From a virus (lineage: Duplodnaviria > Caudoviricetes), in IMG/VR virus record IMGVR_UViG_3300027764_000019, positions 1 to 31,860 of that record: DNA of 31,860 nucleotides. One strand, 5' to 3'. Made by a program: the position numbers and the translations under genes. Shown here piece after piece: positions 1-7,657 of this stretch. Positions within the stretch are counted from its first letter, which is position 1, and each line of letters opens with the position of its first letter. A model generated the notes under the pieces. It searched no databases. It was not told the origin of the DNA and saw only the letters and a program-made list of their open reading frames with translations.

Positions 1-1297
1 CGCCAGCTTCAATCTTCAAAGTATCAATGCTGCCACCAAAAAACGCTGTACTGTTGCCGCCATATATCCATATTAGTGGACTGCCCGCCGTTGACGGTGC
101 TACATAACCTTGGCCATCATCGGCAAAAATGTTTACAAAAGAAGTTCTTATGCCAGCGCATTTGACATGAAACGTTGTTGCGTCCCCAAGAATACCGTTG
201 GCCTCAAGGTCCATGTTGATAAACGTGTTATCAGCGCTATTAGACCCAATAAGAATGCCGCCGTAGCCGGTGGTAAAGCCGCAACCTTCAACCGTGCCGC
301 CAACAAAAACGCTTGCGGCGCATTCATCCAGTACCAATCCGTTGCCGCTGGTCCCCTCAATGATGGGGTTGATCCAAGTGCAGTTGGAACATTGTTCGTT
401 AGCATTGCGCAAGCCAAGACCAACACCAATCACAGATGGTGTAACGAGGCCAGGCTCATTGCCCGAATGGCAGAAGTCATAGAACGAGTTGGACACCATA
501 AACTGGCACAGCATGGCGTAGGCGGGAAAATTGATAGGCCGCAGGCGATTGAACTGACTGTGCGTGATGCCCCGAATATAGACGCCAATGGTCGCCGCGC
601 CAGTGCAATTGATCGTCAAGTTGTCGATGACGATGTCTTGAACGACAACGCCTGCGGTCGCTCCAGCATCAACAACCAGCCCCGGTCCAGCGCCGGTGAT
701 GTTGAGCACAACCCGCCCGATGCCGTAGATGCGAGTGCCGAGGATTGCAAAGTTGGGCAGACTGGTGACGTTGTAGGTTCCTGCCGGGATGGTCAGTTGG
801 CGAGAAACGTTCCAAGCGTTGGCAAACGCAGTGGTGTTGGCGGCGGCGCTGGCGCTGGTGGAGAACCCGAAGTCGGCAACGCTGTAGGAGTCGCTCAGTT
901 TGCTCTGGACCGTGCGCGTGGTGCCTGGCCCGGTCTGCGTAAAGCCAACCAGAGTCGAGCCTGTGCTGCCGGCCAGCAGTGCCTCAAACGCAAGCAGGTC
1001 GTTGATAGCCTCTTGCGCGTTGATGTTGTCGACGGTCCAGATGGGAACCGCAGGAGCGTCAGCAGACGCCAACACGAACTTGTACGATGCGCCGTTCAGC
1101 CACACGCCGTTGGGCGCCTCGCCTCGGGCGTCAAGTTCGATGTCCACCGGGTTCTGCGTGGTGCCGCTAGCGTCGGTGTAGGTCGCCAAGGGGGTGGTGG
1201 TGCCTGCCGCGTAGGTGTACAGGTGCCCACCGACCAGCGGGATGCCGCCAGCAGTGAAGAACTGCAACTTTGGAGAGGGAGAAAGAGTTGCGCTCAT
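1..1297 (-). CDS. Tailspike / tail fibre with N-terminal virion-binding domain and probable beta-helix body (3' end off the window; absent from the ORF track)
   Basis: Manual translation from ATG at 1297 gives MSATLSPSPKLQFFTAGGIPLVGGHLYTYAAGTTTPLATYTDASG..., a typical podovirus fibre N-terminus. It then reads RTVQSKLSDSYSVADFG...LTIPAGTYNVT, typical of the start of pectate-lyase-like beta-helices. The frame stays open to base 2. Confidence 0.85.
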   Translation of the reverse strand, partial: MSATLSPSPKLQFFTAGGIPLVGGHLYTYAAGTTTPLATYTDASGTTQNPVDIELDARGEAPNGVWLNGASYKFVLASADAPAVPIWTVDNINAQEAINDLLAFEALLAGSTGSTLVGFTQTGPGTTRTVQSKLSDSYSVADFGFSTSASAAANTTAFANAWNVSRQLTIPAGTYNVTSLPNFAILGTRIYGIGRVVLNITGAGPGLVVDAGATAGVVVQDIVIDNLTINCTGAATIGVYIRGITHSQFNRLRPINFPAYAMLCQFMVSNSFYDFCHSGNEPGLVTPSVIGVGLGLRNANEQCSNCTWINPIIEGTSGNGLVLDECAASVFVGGTVEGCGFTTGYGGILIGSNSADNTFINMDLEANGILGDATTFHVKCAGIRTSFVNIFADDGQGYVAPSTAGSPLIWIYGGNSTAFFGGSIDTLKIEAG

Positions 1298-1306
1298 GGC
1301 GTAGCC

Positions 1307-2098
1307 TTAGACGGATGTGATGGTTTGCCAGCCCGCGCCAGAGTAAACGCAGAGCTTGGCAAGCGTGGTGTCGAACACAACCAAGCCGGCGGCCGGGGTG
1401 CCAATGGCGTTTTTTTCTACCGTGGTCATGTTGGGAAAACGCACGCCTTGGGTGGTTGATTGTGCGTCCAATATCGCCGACGCATTTGGCGAAATGGTGC
1501 CTAGGCCAATGTTTCCGCTGGTTGCCTTAAAAAACTGGCCGCTGCCAATGTTTACCACGCTTGTGTTGCCGGTGAATCCGTTGATAACCGGTGTGGTGAT
1601 TGTCGGCGAAGTTGAGAAAACCAGGTTTGTGCTGGTCGTGCCGGTCGCGCCGGTTGCCGCAAAGCCGGTAATATTGTTAAACGAGACGATGCTGGCTGTA
1701 GATGCACTGGTGCCGCCGCTTGCAACGTTGAGCACTCCAGCTAGGGTGACCGCGCCGGTGGTTGGCGCAGCCGGGGTCAGGCCGGTGACGCCGCCAGCCC
1801 AGGACAGAACGCCCGTGTTTGCAAGCGTGATGCTGCCAGCGGCGTTGGTCACCCCGATGCCAGCTCCTGGCGTCAGTGTGTTGAGTGTGTACCCGACAGC
1901 GTTGCCAATAAGCAGTTGGCCATTCGTCGGTATGGCCGACAAGCCCGTGCCGCCGTTGACTGGCTGAAGGGTGTTCTGGTTTTCCCCAACAACCGCGTAC
2001 AGCCCATTGAAGAACCGAAACCACTCCGTCGACACCAGCCCGGTGCGCTCATCAACGAGGGGCACACGCGGCGCCGGGACTTGGGTGAGATTAAGCAT
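1307..2098 (-). CDS. Tail-associated fibre-like structural protein
   Basis: 263 aa, Gly/Thr-rich (NGGTG, SGGTS motifs), located between the gp10-like gene and the tailspike, overlapping the gp10-like stop. Confidence 0.65.
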   Translation of the reverse strand: MLNLTQVPAPRVPLVDERTGLVSTEWFRFFNGLYAVVGENQNTLQPVNGGTGLSAIPTNGQLLIGNAVGYTLNTLTPGAGIGVTNAAGSITLANTGVLSWAGGVTGLTPAAPTTGAVTLAGVLNVASGGTSASTASIVSFNNITGFAATGATGTTSTNLVFSTSPTITTPVINGFTGNTSVVNIGSGQFFKATSGNIGLGTISPNASAILDAQSTTQGVRFPNMTTVEKNAIGTPAAGLVVFDTTLAKLCVYSGAGWQTITSV

Positions 2099-3653
2099 TG
2101 GTCGGGGTGATAAACAGTTCAGCGCCCATGATGGCGATCTTCACCGGGTCAGTGCCTGAGACCTCGTAGACCCGGTCCCGGAGCTTTTCGGTCATACCAA
2201 GGCGGCGCCAGATGGTGCGGTAGCCGTACTGACCAATAGCGCCCATCGAGCGCCAGTGCTCGTTCGACCAAGTGTGGCCACCATCGTCCGACCAGCGCAG
2301 CATAGCTTGCGGGTTGACTCCTTGGACCGTAGCTACAGACGCGAGGATGTCCTCGCCCGACTCGGTCAGCAGTTCGCTGCTGCTCTCGGTCAGCAGTGCT
2401 TCTAGCAGTGTGGATGGGTCAATCCCGTTCAGCCCAACACCAGACTCAGCGTCGAGTTGCAACGAGTGGTGCGCCGTGCGCTTCAGGTTGTTCTGGCCGG
2501 TCGGCAGCGCCCGCCATGACCGCAACCACCGCTGAATCTGACCGTTGTCGGCGTAGACATCCAGATCAAAAGCGTAGATGTTGCCGTTCTCAAAGTCGCC
2601 AACGATGATCGTGCCGCCGAAGTTGCACTGGCAGTTCGACCTGTGCCGGTACTGGCCCTCATCGCCGCTGGCGCGTTCGTGCCAGGCTTGCACCGACACA
2701 TCGTAGACCCAGGTCTTGCTGGCTGACGGGAAGTTCAGGACGTAGAAGGCGTGGCCCTCTTGCTGGTAGGTGTAGGCTACCGCGTCAGAGATGTTGCCGT
2801 ACTGAGCAATGGCGTACTCGATGGCGTGGGTCGAAACCCTGACGCCGCTGTAACCGTTGTTCTTGTAGACGATGCCCTGCCCGCGAGCGTCAGTGCCCAG
2901 CCAGAACAGCGCATTGTCGAGCTTGGCAACCGAGTAGGGAGCCGCACAACCGATCTCGTTGAACGCGCCTTGGACAGGCGTCAGCGGGAACCCGGTAAGC
3001 CCAGCGTTGTACCAGACTTCGACCGAGTCAGTACCAAACACCCACATCTGCCGGTGGTCTACGTTGATCGCCACCACACCGTCAGGAGAGCCATCCGCAG
3101 GGGCGACCGTCAGAGGGTCGAACACTAGCGGGTATATCTGCACCGGCGGCGTGGTCAGGGTCTGCGTGACCACAGACCACAGGTTCTGACTGTTTGGCTC
3201 ATTGAAGACAAACAGTTGATCGATGTACGCAACAGTGACAGCGCCGGCAAAGTCGGGGCTGGTGATCGCATCAAACGAGCCTGTTGGCTCGTGGTAGGTG
3301 TAGCTAGGACCGTTGCAGGCAAAGAATAGGGTGGTGCCGTTGTCTGCGATGGACACTGGGCCTGTGCCCGACACATAGCCAATCAGTTCAGGCGTTGCCG
3401 TTGTGCTGGTGAGCTTGAAGACCTGAATGCCCGAGACAACATAGAAGTCCGTCCCGTTGGTCTGGTGCGCCCACAAGGCTCGGATAGGCCCGGTGCCGAC
3501 CGTCTGGAGGAACTGCAATCCTGGGGCGCGGTTCAAGAACCCAGCTTCCTTGCCGCCATCAGGGATGGCTTCAGGGAACAGGTTGACGAGCCTGTTGTCC
3601 GCAGCGTTGATGCTGCGGGCAACGTATGAGCTACCCAAAATGGGGGTCTTAAT
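2091..3653 (-). CDS. P22 gp10-like packaged-DNA stabilisation / tail hub protein (start probably ATT at 3653; the track uses TTG 3638)
   Basis: ~520 aa beta-rich ORF with motifs NLFPE, RAPGL, GCAAPYSV, FWLG, YQQEGHAFYVL, TWVYD, MLRWSDDGGHTWS, WRRLG, characteristic of the P22 gp10 family. Lies downstream of the gp4-like gene. Confidence 0.88.
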   Translation of the reverse strand: MKTPILGSSYVARSINAADNRLVNLFPEAIPDGGKEAGFLNRAPGLQFLQTVGTGPIRALWAHQTNGTDFYVVSGIQVFKLTSTTATPELIGYVSGTGPVSIADNGTTLFFACNGPSYTYHEPTGSFDAITSPDFAGAVTVAYIDQLFVFNEPNSQNLWSVVTQTLTTPPVQIYPLVFDPLTVAPADGSPDGVVAINVDHRQMWVFGTDSVEVWYNAGLTGFPLTPVQGAFNEIGCAAPYSVAKLDNALFWLGTDARGQGIVYKNNGYSGVRVSTHAIEYAIAQYGNISDAVAYTYQQEGHAFYVLNFPSASKTWVYDVSVQAWHERASGDEGQYRHRSNCQCNFGGTIIVGDFENGNIYAFDLDVYADNGQIQRWLRSWRALPTGQNNLKRTAHHSLQLDAESGVGLNGIDPSTLLEALLTESSSELLTESGEDILASVATVQGVNPQAMLRWSDDGGHTWSNEHWRSMGAIGQYGYRTIWRRLGMTEKLRDRVYEVSGTDPVKIAIMGAELFITPTNA

Positions 3654-3680
3654 TTCCGACTCCAGGCAAGTTAAACATCT

Positions 3681-4394
3681 TTAGTAGTTTCCCGCAAAGA
3701 TATTGTAGCGTTGACGAGTACCCACGATGCTGTACGGCAGCGACATGATGTCATCCGGGTTGTTGATGCGCTTCAAGTTGCGCTTGGATGTCATGGCAAT
3801 GCGCGAGACTTGCGGCGATGGCTCGACACCAAACTCAGCAGCGATCTCACAGGCTAGGCAGTACCGGAACGCCCGCAGGTATCCTGGCGGGAAGGACAGC
3901 ACCGTCGCCAGCGTGGCCGGCTGGGTCAGCTCAGACACCGAGACGAAGTGCCACTCCAGCACCTTGGTAGGCACCGGGTAGATGTACATGTCGATGTTGG
4001 GGTATTCCATGTTGATCCAGATCACCTGTGGGTAGGTGCTGGTCACGGTCTTTACCGCAATGCCGTTGTACTGCTGCTGGTTGAGAATCTTGATGCCAAA
4101 CGAGATGTTGTTCGCCGGGTCGCGAAAGTACGTCGAATCGTCTAGCAGAACTGGCCGGTTGCCAACAAAGTCGCCGGTCGGGCCAAGCGTGCGGCTGATA
4201 GCGCCGGGAGGCCAACTGAACACTTGGTCTTGGGTGCTGAACACCGCCAGACGCTCGGTGCTCCACGAATCGATCATCTGATTCATGGCGGTGAGCGCGT
4301 CCTGGGACGTAGCAGCGGAAGGCGTCTCACCCTCGGCAAGTTGGCCGATCAGGCGCAGCGCCCCGTTGATCTGGTCCCCGGCAGTGGTGGTCAT
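3681..4394 (-). CDS. P22 gp4-like head-tail adaptor
   Basis: N-terminus TAGDQINGALRLIGQLAEGETPSA...DALTAMNQMIDSW and C-terminal LACEIAAEFG fit gp4-like adaptors; lies between coat and gp10. Confidence 0.75.
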   Translation of the reverse strand: MTTTAGDQINGALRLIGQLAEGETPSAATSQDALTAMNQMIDSWSTERLAVFSTQDQVFSWPPGAISRTLGPTGDFVGNRPVLLDDSTYFRDPANNISFGIKILNQQQYNGIAVKTVTSTYPQVIWINMEYPNIDMYIYPVPTKVLEWHFVSVSELTQPATLATVLSFPPGYLRAFRYCLACEIAAEFGVEPSPQVSRIAMTSKRNLKRINNPDDIMSLPYSIVGTRQRYNIFAGNY

Positions 4395-4546
4395 TCAGAC
4401 TCCTTGCGACGGCGCCTCAGTTCATTCACTGGTGCCTGCTCGCCCGGAGTATACCTTACCCAACCGTTCTTTTCGTCTTGCTCGGCCTCAAGTTCTGCCA
4501 TAGCAACTTTGGTGCCGTGTACAGGGTGCTTCAGATAGATTACCAC
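4391..4546 (-). CDS. Small hypothetical protein, 51 aa (MVIYLKHPVHGTKVAMAELEAEQDEKNGWVRYTPG...)
   Basis: Manual ORF with GTG start; its TGA overlaps the next ATG (ATGA); fills the gap in the operon. Confidence 0.7.
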   Translation of the reverse strand: MVIYLKHPVHGTKVAMAELEAEQDEKNGWVRYTPGEQAPVNELRRRRKESE

Positions 4547-4567
4547 AGATCGCCCCTAGAATTTGGC

Positions 4568-4595
4568 CCTCCTGCGCCTTGTAAGCACAGGAGGG
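4568..4595 (-). terminator. GC-rich hairpin after the coat/decoration genes; possible terminator or mRNA stabiliser
   Basis: - strand CCCTCCTGTGCTT-ACA-AGGCGCAGGAGGG; no clean U-tract follows. Confidence 0.4.
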
Positions 4596-4606
4596 GAGTG
4601 CCTCAA

Positions 4607-5032
4607 TTAGAGGCGGTACAACGCCCAAGTAGCATCGCCCGTTTTGCGAGCGCGGAAGCTAATTGAGGTGCCTGCGGTAGCAGCAACAGTCATAAGGCCT
4701 TGCGACCCAGAAGTGCCAATCGTCCAACCCGTAGCGGTGGTCATCGTGATGACACCAGAGCTTGAGCCATCAACGTTGATCACGGTGAAATCAAAGGCTG
4801 AGTTGTTGGGCATGCTGGAGAACGCAGCATCCATCAAAGCAGCAGTCGGCAACGTGTACGCTGCTGCGCTGGAGCCTGGCGAGCCAAGGATGATCCTTGT
4901 TGCCAATTGAGCCGCAGTCAACGTAGCAGCGCCGGCAGCAATTGAAGTCGGCGTGGGTTGCGCGACAAACAGAATTTCGCCAGTGTTGCCGTCACCAATT
5001 TGGTAACCGCCAGAACCATTAGGGAGAGCCAT
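4607..5032 (-). CDS. Putative capsid decoration / minor head protein
   Basis: 141 aa, Ala/Thr/Gly-rich, immediately downstream of the coat gene, with AAAGGA RBS. Confidence 0.55.
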   Translation of the reverse strand: MALPNGSGGYQIGDGNTGEILFVAQPTPTSIAAGAATLTAAQLATRIILGSPGSSAAAYTLPTAALMDAAFSSMPNNSAFDFTVINVDGSSSGVITMTTATGWTIGTSGSQGLMTVAATAGTSISFRARKTGDATWALYRL

Positions 5033-5085
5033 GATAATTTCCTTTTAAGAAGATGGTTGAAACAGGGCCAAAGCCCCATCTCAAG

Positions 5086-6294
5086 TTAGCCCCAGAGGCG
5101 CACGGCCATTTGCGGACGGATAACGCTGTACCCGTACAGAACGTCGATACGACAAGGCATACGGTCATTGTTGATGTCGTACTGACGAACAATACGCATC
5201 GAGATGCCGTTGTGAACTTGGCGCGAAGCCATGTCCACACCCTGCGGCAGCAAGAGGTCAGCTGTAGCAAACGTGATCGCATTCTTCTGATAAATCAGAT
5301 TCTGCGGGTAGCCCGTGGAGGCCGCGCCGACGAAAGTGACCGCTGCGTTGTTTGCAGGGAAGGCGTCAATGGTTGCCAGCGCGTTGCTGGAGGTGTACAT
5401 GGGCGGCGAAATTGCCATGTTTGCCATGTCAGCGCCGGATGCGGTCTGGGCAACGGTCACCACAAACTGCTGCAAACTGCCGGTCGATTGGCGGGTCTGC
5501 GGGTTGACGCTGTACACACCAGCAATCGTGAACACATCACCAACAGTAACGGTAGTGTCGCTGGTAAAGCCGTCCAGAGTGATGGTGGCCTGACCTTGGG
5601 TGAAGGTCGTTGCATTGACCAAGGTGGTGCCGGCGCGTGACCCAGTGGTGTGGTTCCCAATCGACTGCGACATGTTGACTTCGTCGTAGCCCAGAACGCC
5701 AGTGCCCATCATGCCTGCTGTGAACTGCCGGCTGATAGTAGACGTTGGGTTGAAGAAGCCCTTCATGCCCTCGACCAAGTTCGCATTGGCGGCGGGGTTC
5801 ACCGTTGCGTAGCGATCGTTCATCGGAGCAGCGTACTCGTTCAGCTTCTGGTTGCCTTGCAGCAGAACCAGCGAGGTGGACGGCGTGGTGCCAGGCGTAC
5901 CAACAGTCGAGAAGATCGACTTGTAGGCGTTGGCCACATCGGCATCGATGCTGGAGGCCAACTGCGAGATACGAGGTTTGAGAACCCGTTCCGCGAAGTC
6001 GTCCAACTGCATGGTCAGTTCAGCAGATGTGAAGTTGACACCGATGTGCTTCTGGCTTGCGACCGTTAGCGTGGTGAACTGCTCGTTGTCGTCCTGAACT
6101 TGCAGGGCGGCGCCATCGGTCACCAGAGCACGGTCGGGCAGACGAATGCGCAGGGTGGAACCGATCTTTGCACCTTCAACGGCGAACGAGTCGTCGTATT
6201 GGCGGTTGACGTTGCGGGTGAGCACCAGGTTGTTCTCGAGAATCTCGAGAGCCTTCCTGGTGATCATGTCAATGGTAAGAATGCTGTTAGACAC
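5086..6294 (-). CDS. Major capsid protein, P22 coat (gp5) family
   Basis: 402 aa; MSNSILTIDMITRKALEILENNL, NRQYDDSFA, KIGSTLRIRLP, C-terminal RIDVLYG; AAGGA RBS with GTG start; follows the scaffold gene. Confidence 0.92.
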   Translation of the reverse strand: MSNSILTIDMITRKALEILENNLVLTRNVNRQYDDSFAVEGAKIGSTLRIRLPDRALVTDGAALQVQDDNEQFTTLTVASQKHIGVNFTSAELTMQLDDFAERVLKPRISQLASSIDADVANAYKSIFSTVGTPGTTPSTSLVLLQGNQKLNEYAAPMNDRYATVNPAANANLVEGMKGFFNPTSTISRQFTAGMMGTGVLGYDEVNMSQSIGNHTTGSRAGTTLVNATTFTQGQATITLDGFTSDTTVTVGDVFTIAGVYSVNPQTRQSTGSLQQFVVTVAQTASGADMANMAISPPMYTSSNALATIDAFPANNAAVTFVGAASTGYPQNLIYQKNAITFATADLLLPQGVDMASRQVHNGISMRIVRQYDINNDRMPCRIDVLYGYSVIRPQMAVRLWG

Positions 6295-6311
6295 TTTGAA
6301 TCCTTAAAAAA

Positions 6312-7043
6312 TTAGCGGAGGCGAGCTTCCATCTTCTTCACCTGTCGAGCGCGGTCGGCTGCGATCCATTCTGAAGTGCTCATCGACTTGATGGAGCGGG
6401 GATCAGTTGTATCGTAGGTCGATGCGCCCTTGCTGCTGGCCGTGACAGGCGTAAAAGGTGGTGGAGCACTAGAAGTCTTTTTGACCATCGGTTCCGAGGC
6501 CAGTTTGGCCTCGATACGTCCGATCTCTTTGGCTTGCACATAAGGCGCCAAGCGGGAAATACGATCTGCTTCTTTCGGGTTGGCACCGAGGTAGTAGGCT
6601 ACATCAGGGCCAATATCCGACGATTGGATCGTTTGTGCCATCACGGTCGTGATCTTGAGGCTTGGATTGTACGCGACCTGTTCAAAGTCATCGTACTTGT
6701 TCCGTGCCTCTTCTTCCCTGTCGTGATAAGCACCGAGAACTTCTGTCTGCTGGCGCTGCACATCCCGTTCGTAGAGTAGTTGCTCGGCCTTCTTCATTGC
6801 CAATGCATCGGCGTAGGATTCAGTCGAGTCAAACTGCTCTGGTCTGGGATCAGCAGCGACGACAGGGGCAGCAACTACCCGCTCTCGTTCCCACTTTCGT
6901 TGCTCGCGTGCGAGCCTCTTTCCTATTGCGGCATCCAACTCTTCTTGAGTGAACGCCTTTACCGGCTGTGCTTCTACGGGTTCAGGTGCCGCCGTGGCTT
7001 CCTGTTCCGGCGCGGGTACTTCCGCTAGTACTTCTTCAGACAT
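6312..7043 (-). CDS. Capsid scaffolding protein
   Basis: 243 aa; acidic Ala/Pro N-terminus, coiled coil (FTQEELDAAIGKRLAREQRKWER), GPDVAYYL..EIGRIEAKL, basic C-terminus; directly upstream of the coat gene. Confidence 0.8.
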   Translation of the reverse strand: MSEEVLAEVPAPEQEATAAPEPVEAQPVKAFTQEELDAAIGKRLAREQRKWERERVVAAPVVAADPRPEQFDSTESYADALAMKKAEQLLYERDVQRQQTEVLGAYHDREEEARNKYDDFEQVAYNPSLKITTVMAQTIQSSDIGPDVAYYLGANPKEADRISRLAPYVQAKEIGRIEAKLASEPMVKKTSSAPPPFTPVTASSKGASTYDTTDPRSIKSMSTSEWIAADRARQVKKMEARLR

Positions 7044-7048
7044 TGTGT

Positions 7049-7080
7049 GAATCCTTCGATTCCCTGGTGAGCCGCACCAG
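7049..7080 (-). promoter_or_regulatory. Twin hairpins over the scaffold RBS
   Basis: - strand CTGGTG-CGGCT-CACCAG then GAATC-GAAG-GATTC (containing AAGGA) 5 nt before ATG. Confidence 0.4.
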
Positions 7081-7085
7081 TACGG

Positions 7086-7652
7086 TCAAGTCAAACGTAG
7101 TATATCGTTACTTGTCAACATTACCGCAGTGTCAGGAACAAGCCCTATTGCTTGCAGGGCAGCAAAGGTGTGCGGGTTGCTCATGGCATTGCGGAGCTTG
7201 GCGGGAGATGGCCGACCGTTGGCAATGATCTCGGCTTGAATGTCCTTGCCAATAGTCACTGTGAACTCGTTTGCTGCGTTGGCTTCAAACATCTGCTCGT
7301 CGGTGTAGCCTGGGATGCGTTCTGCAATCTCGTACAACTCAGCCAAAAGCCGCTTGAGCATCTCAATCTCTTCCCGGTTCAACTGGAACGCTTCTGCCTG
7401 AATGACCCGGTGGGACTCAAGCTCTATCAGTTCAGCCTGTTTGGTCAGGATCACATGGGGCAAAGCATCAATACGGATGAGGTGCTCAACCTCCAAGACT
7501 AGGGCTTGGTACTTGAGATCAGCTACCTTCTCCAGTGCAGCAGCACGAATCCGGCCTTCTAGGAAACCTTTGAGAGTCTTGATCTTCTCCCAAGGCGTCT
7601 CCCCGATGACTTGGTATCGGTAGTTGAATTCTGAGTTTAGTTTGACTGGCAT
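7086..7652 (-). CDS. Hypothetical helical protein, partner of the upstream propeller protein
   Basis: 188 aa ORF starting 5 nt after the stop of the 762-aa gene; coiled-coil-like; function not recognised. Confidence 0.75.
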   Translation of the reverse strand: MPVKLNSEFNYRYQVIGETPWEKIKTLKGFLEGRIRAAALEKVADLKYQALVLEVEHLIRIDALPHVILTKQAELIELESHRVIQAEAFQLNREEIEMLKRLLAELYEIAERIPGYTDEQMFEANAANEFTVTIGKDIQAEIIANGRPSPAKLRNAMSNPHTFAALQAIGLVPDTAVMLTSNDILRLT

Positions 7653-7657
7653 GTGTT

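Noticed and set aside
110-1459. 449-aa + strand ORF in the track
   Set aside because: Antisense shadow of the tailspike and fibre genes; no recognisable motifs, and the operon context is - strand.
7098-7118. TTGACA and TATACT hexamers upstream of the scaffold gene (- strand)
   Set aside because: Spacing is only about 8 nt, incompatible with a sigma70 promoter.
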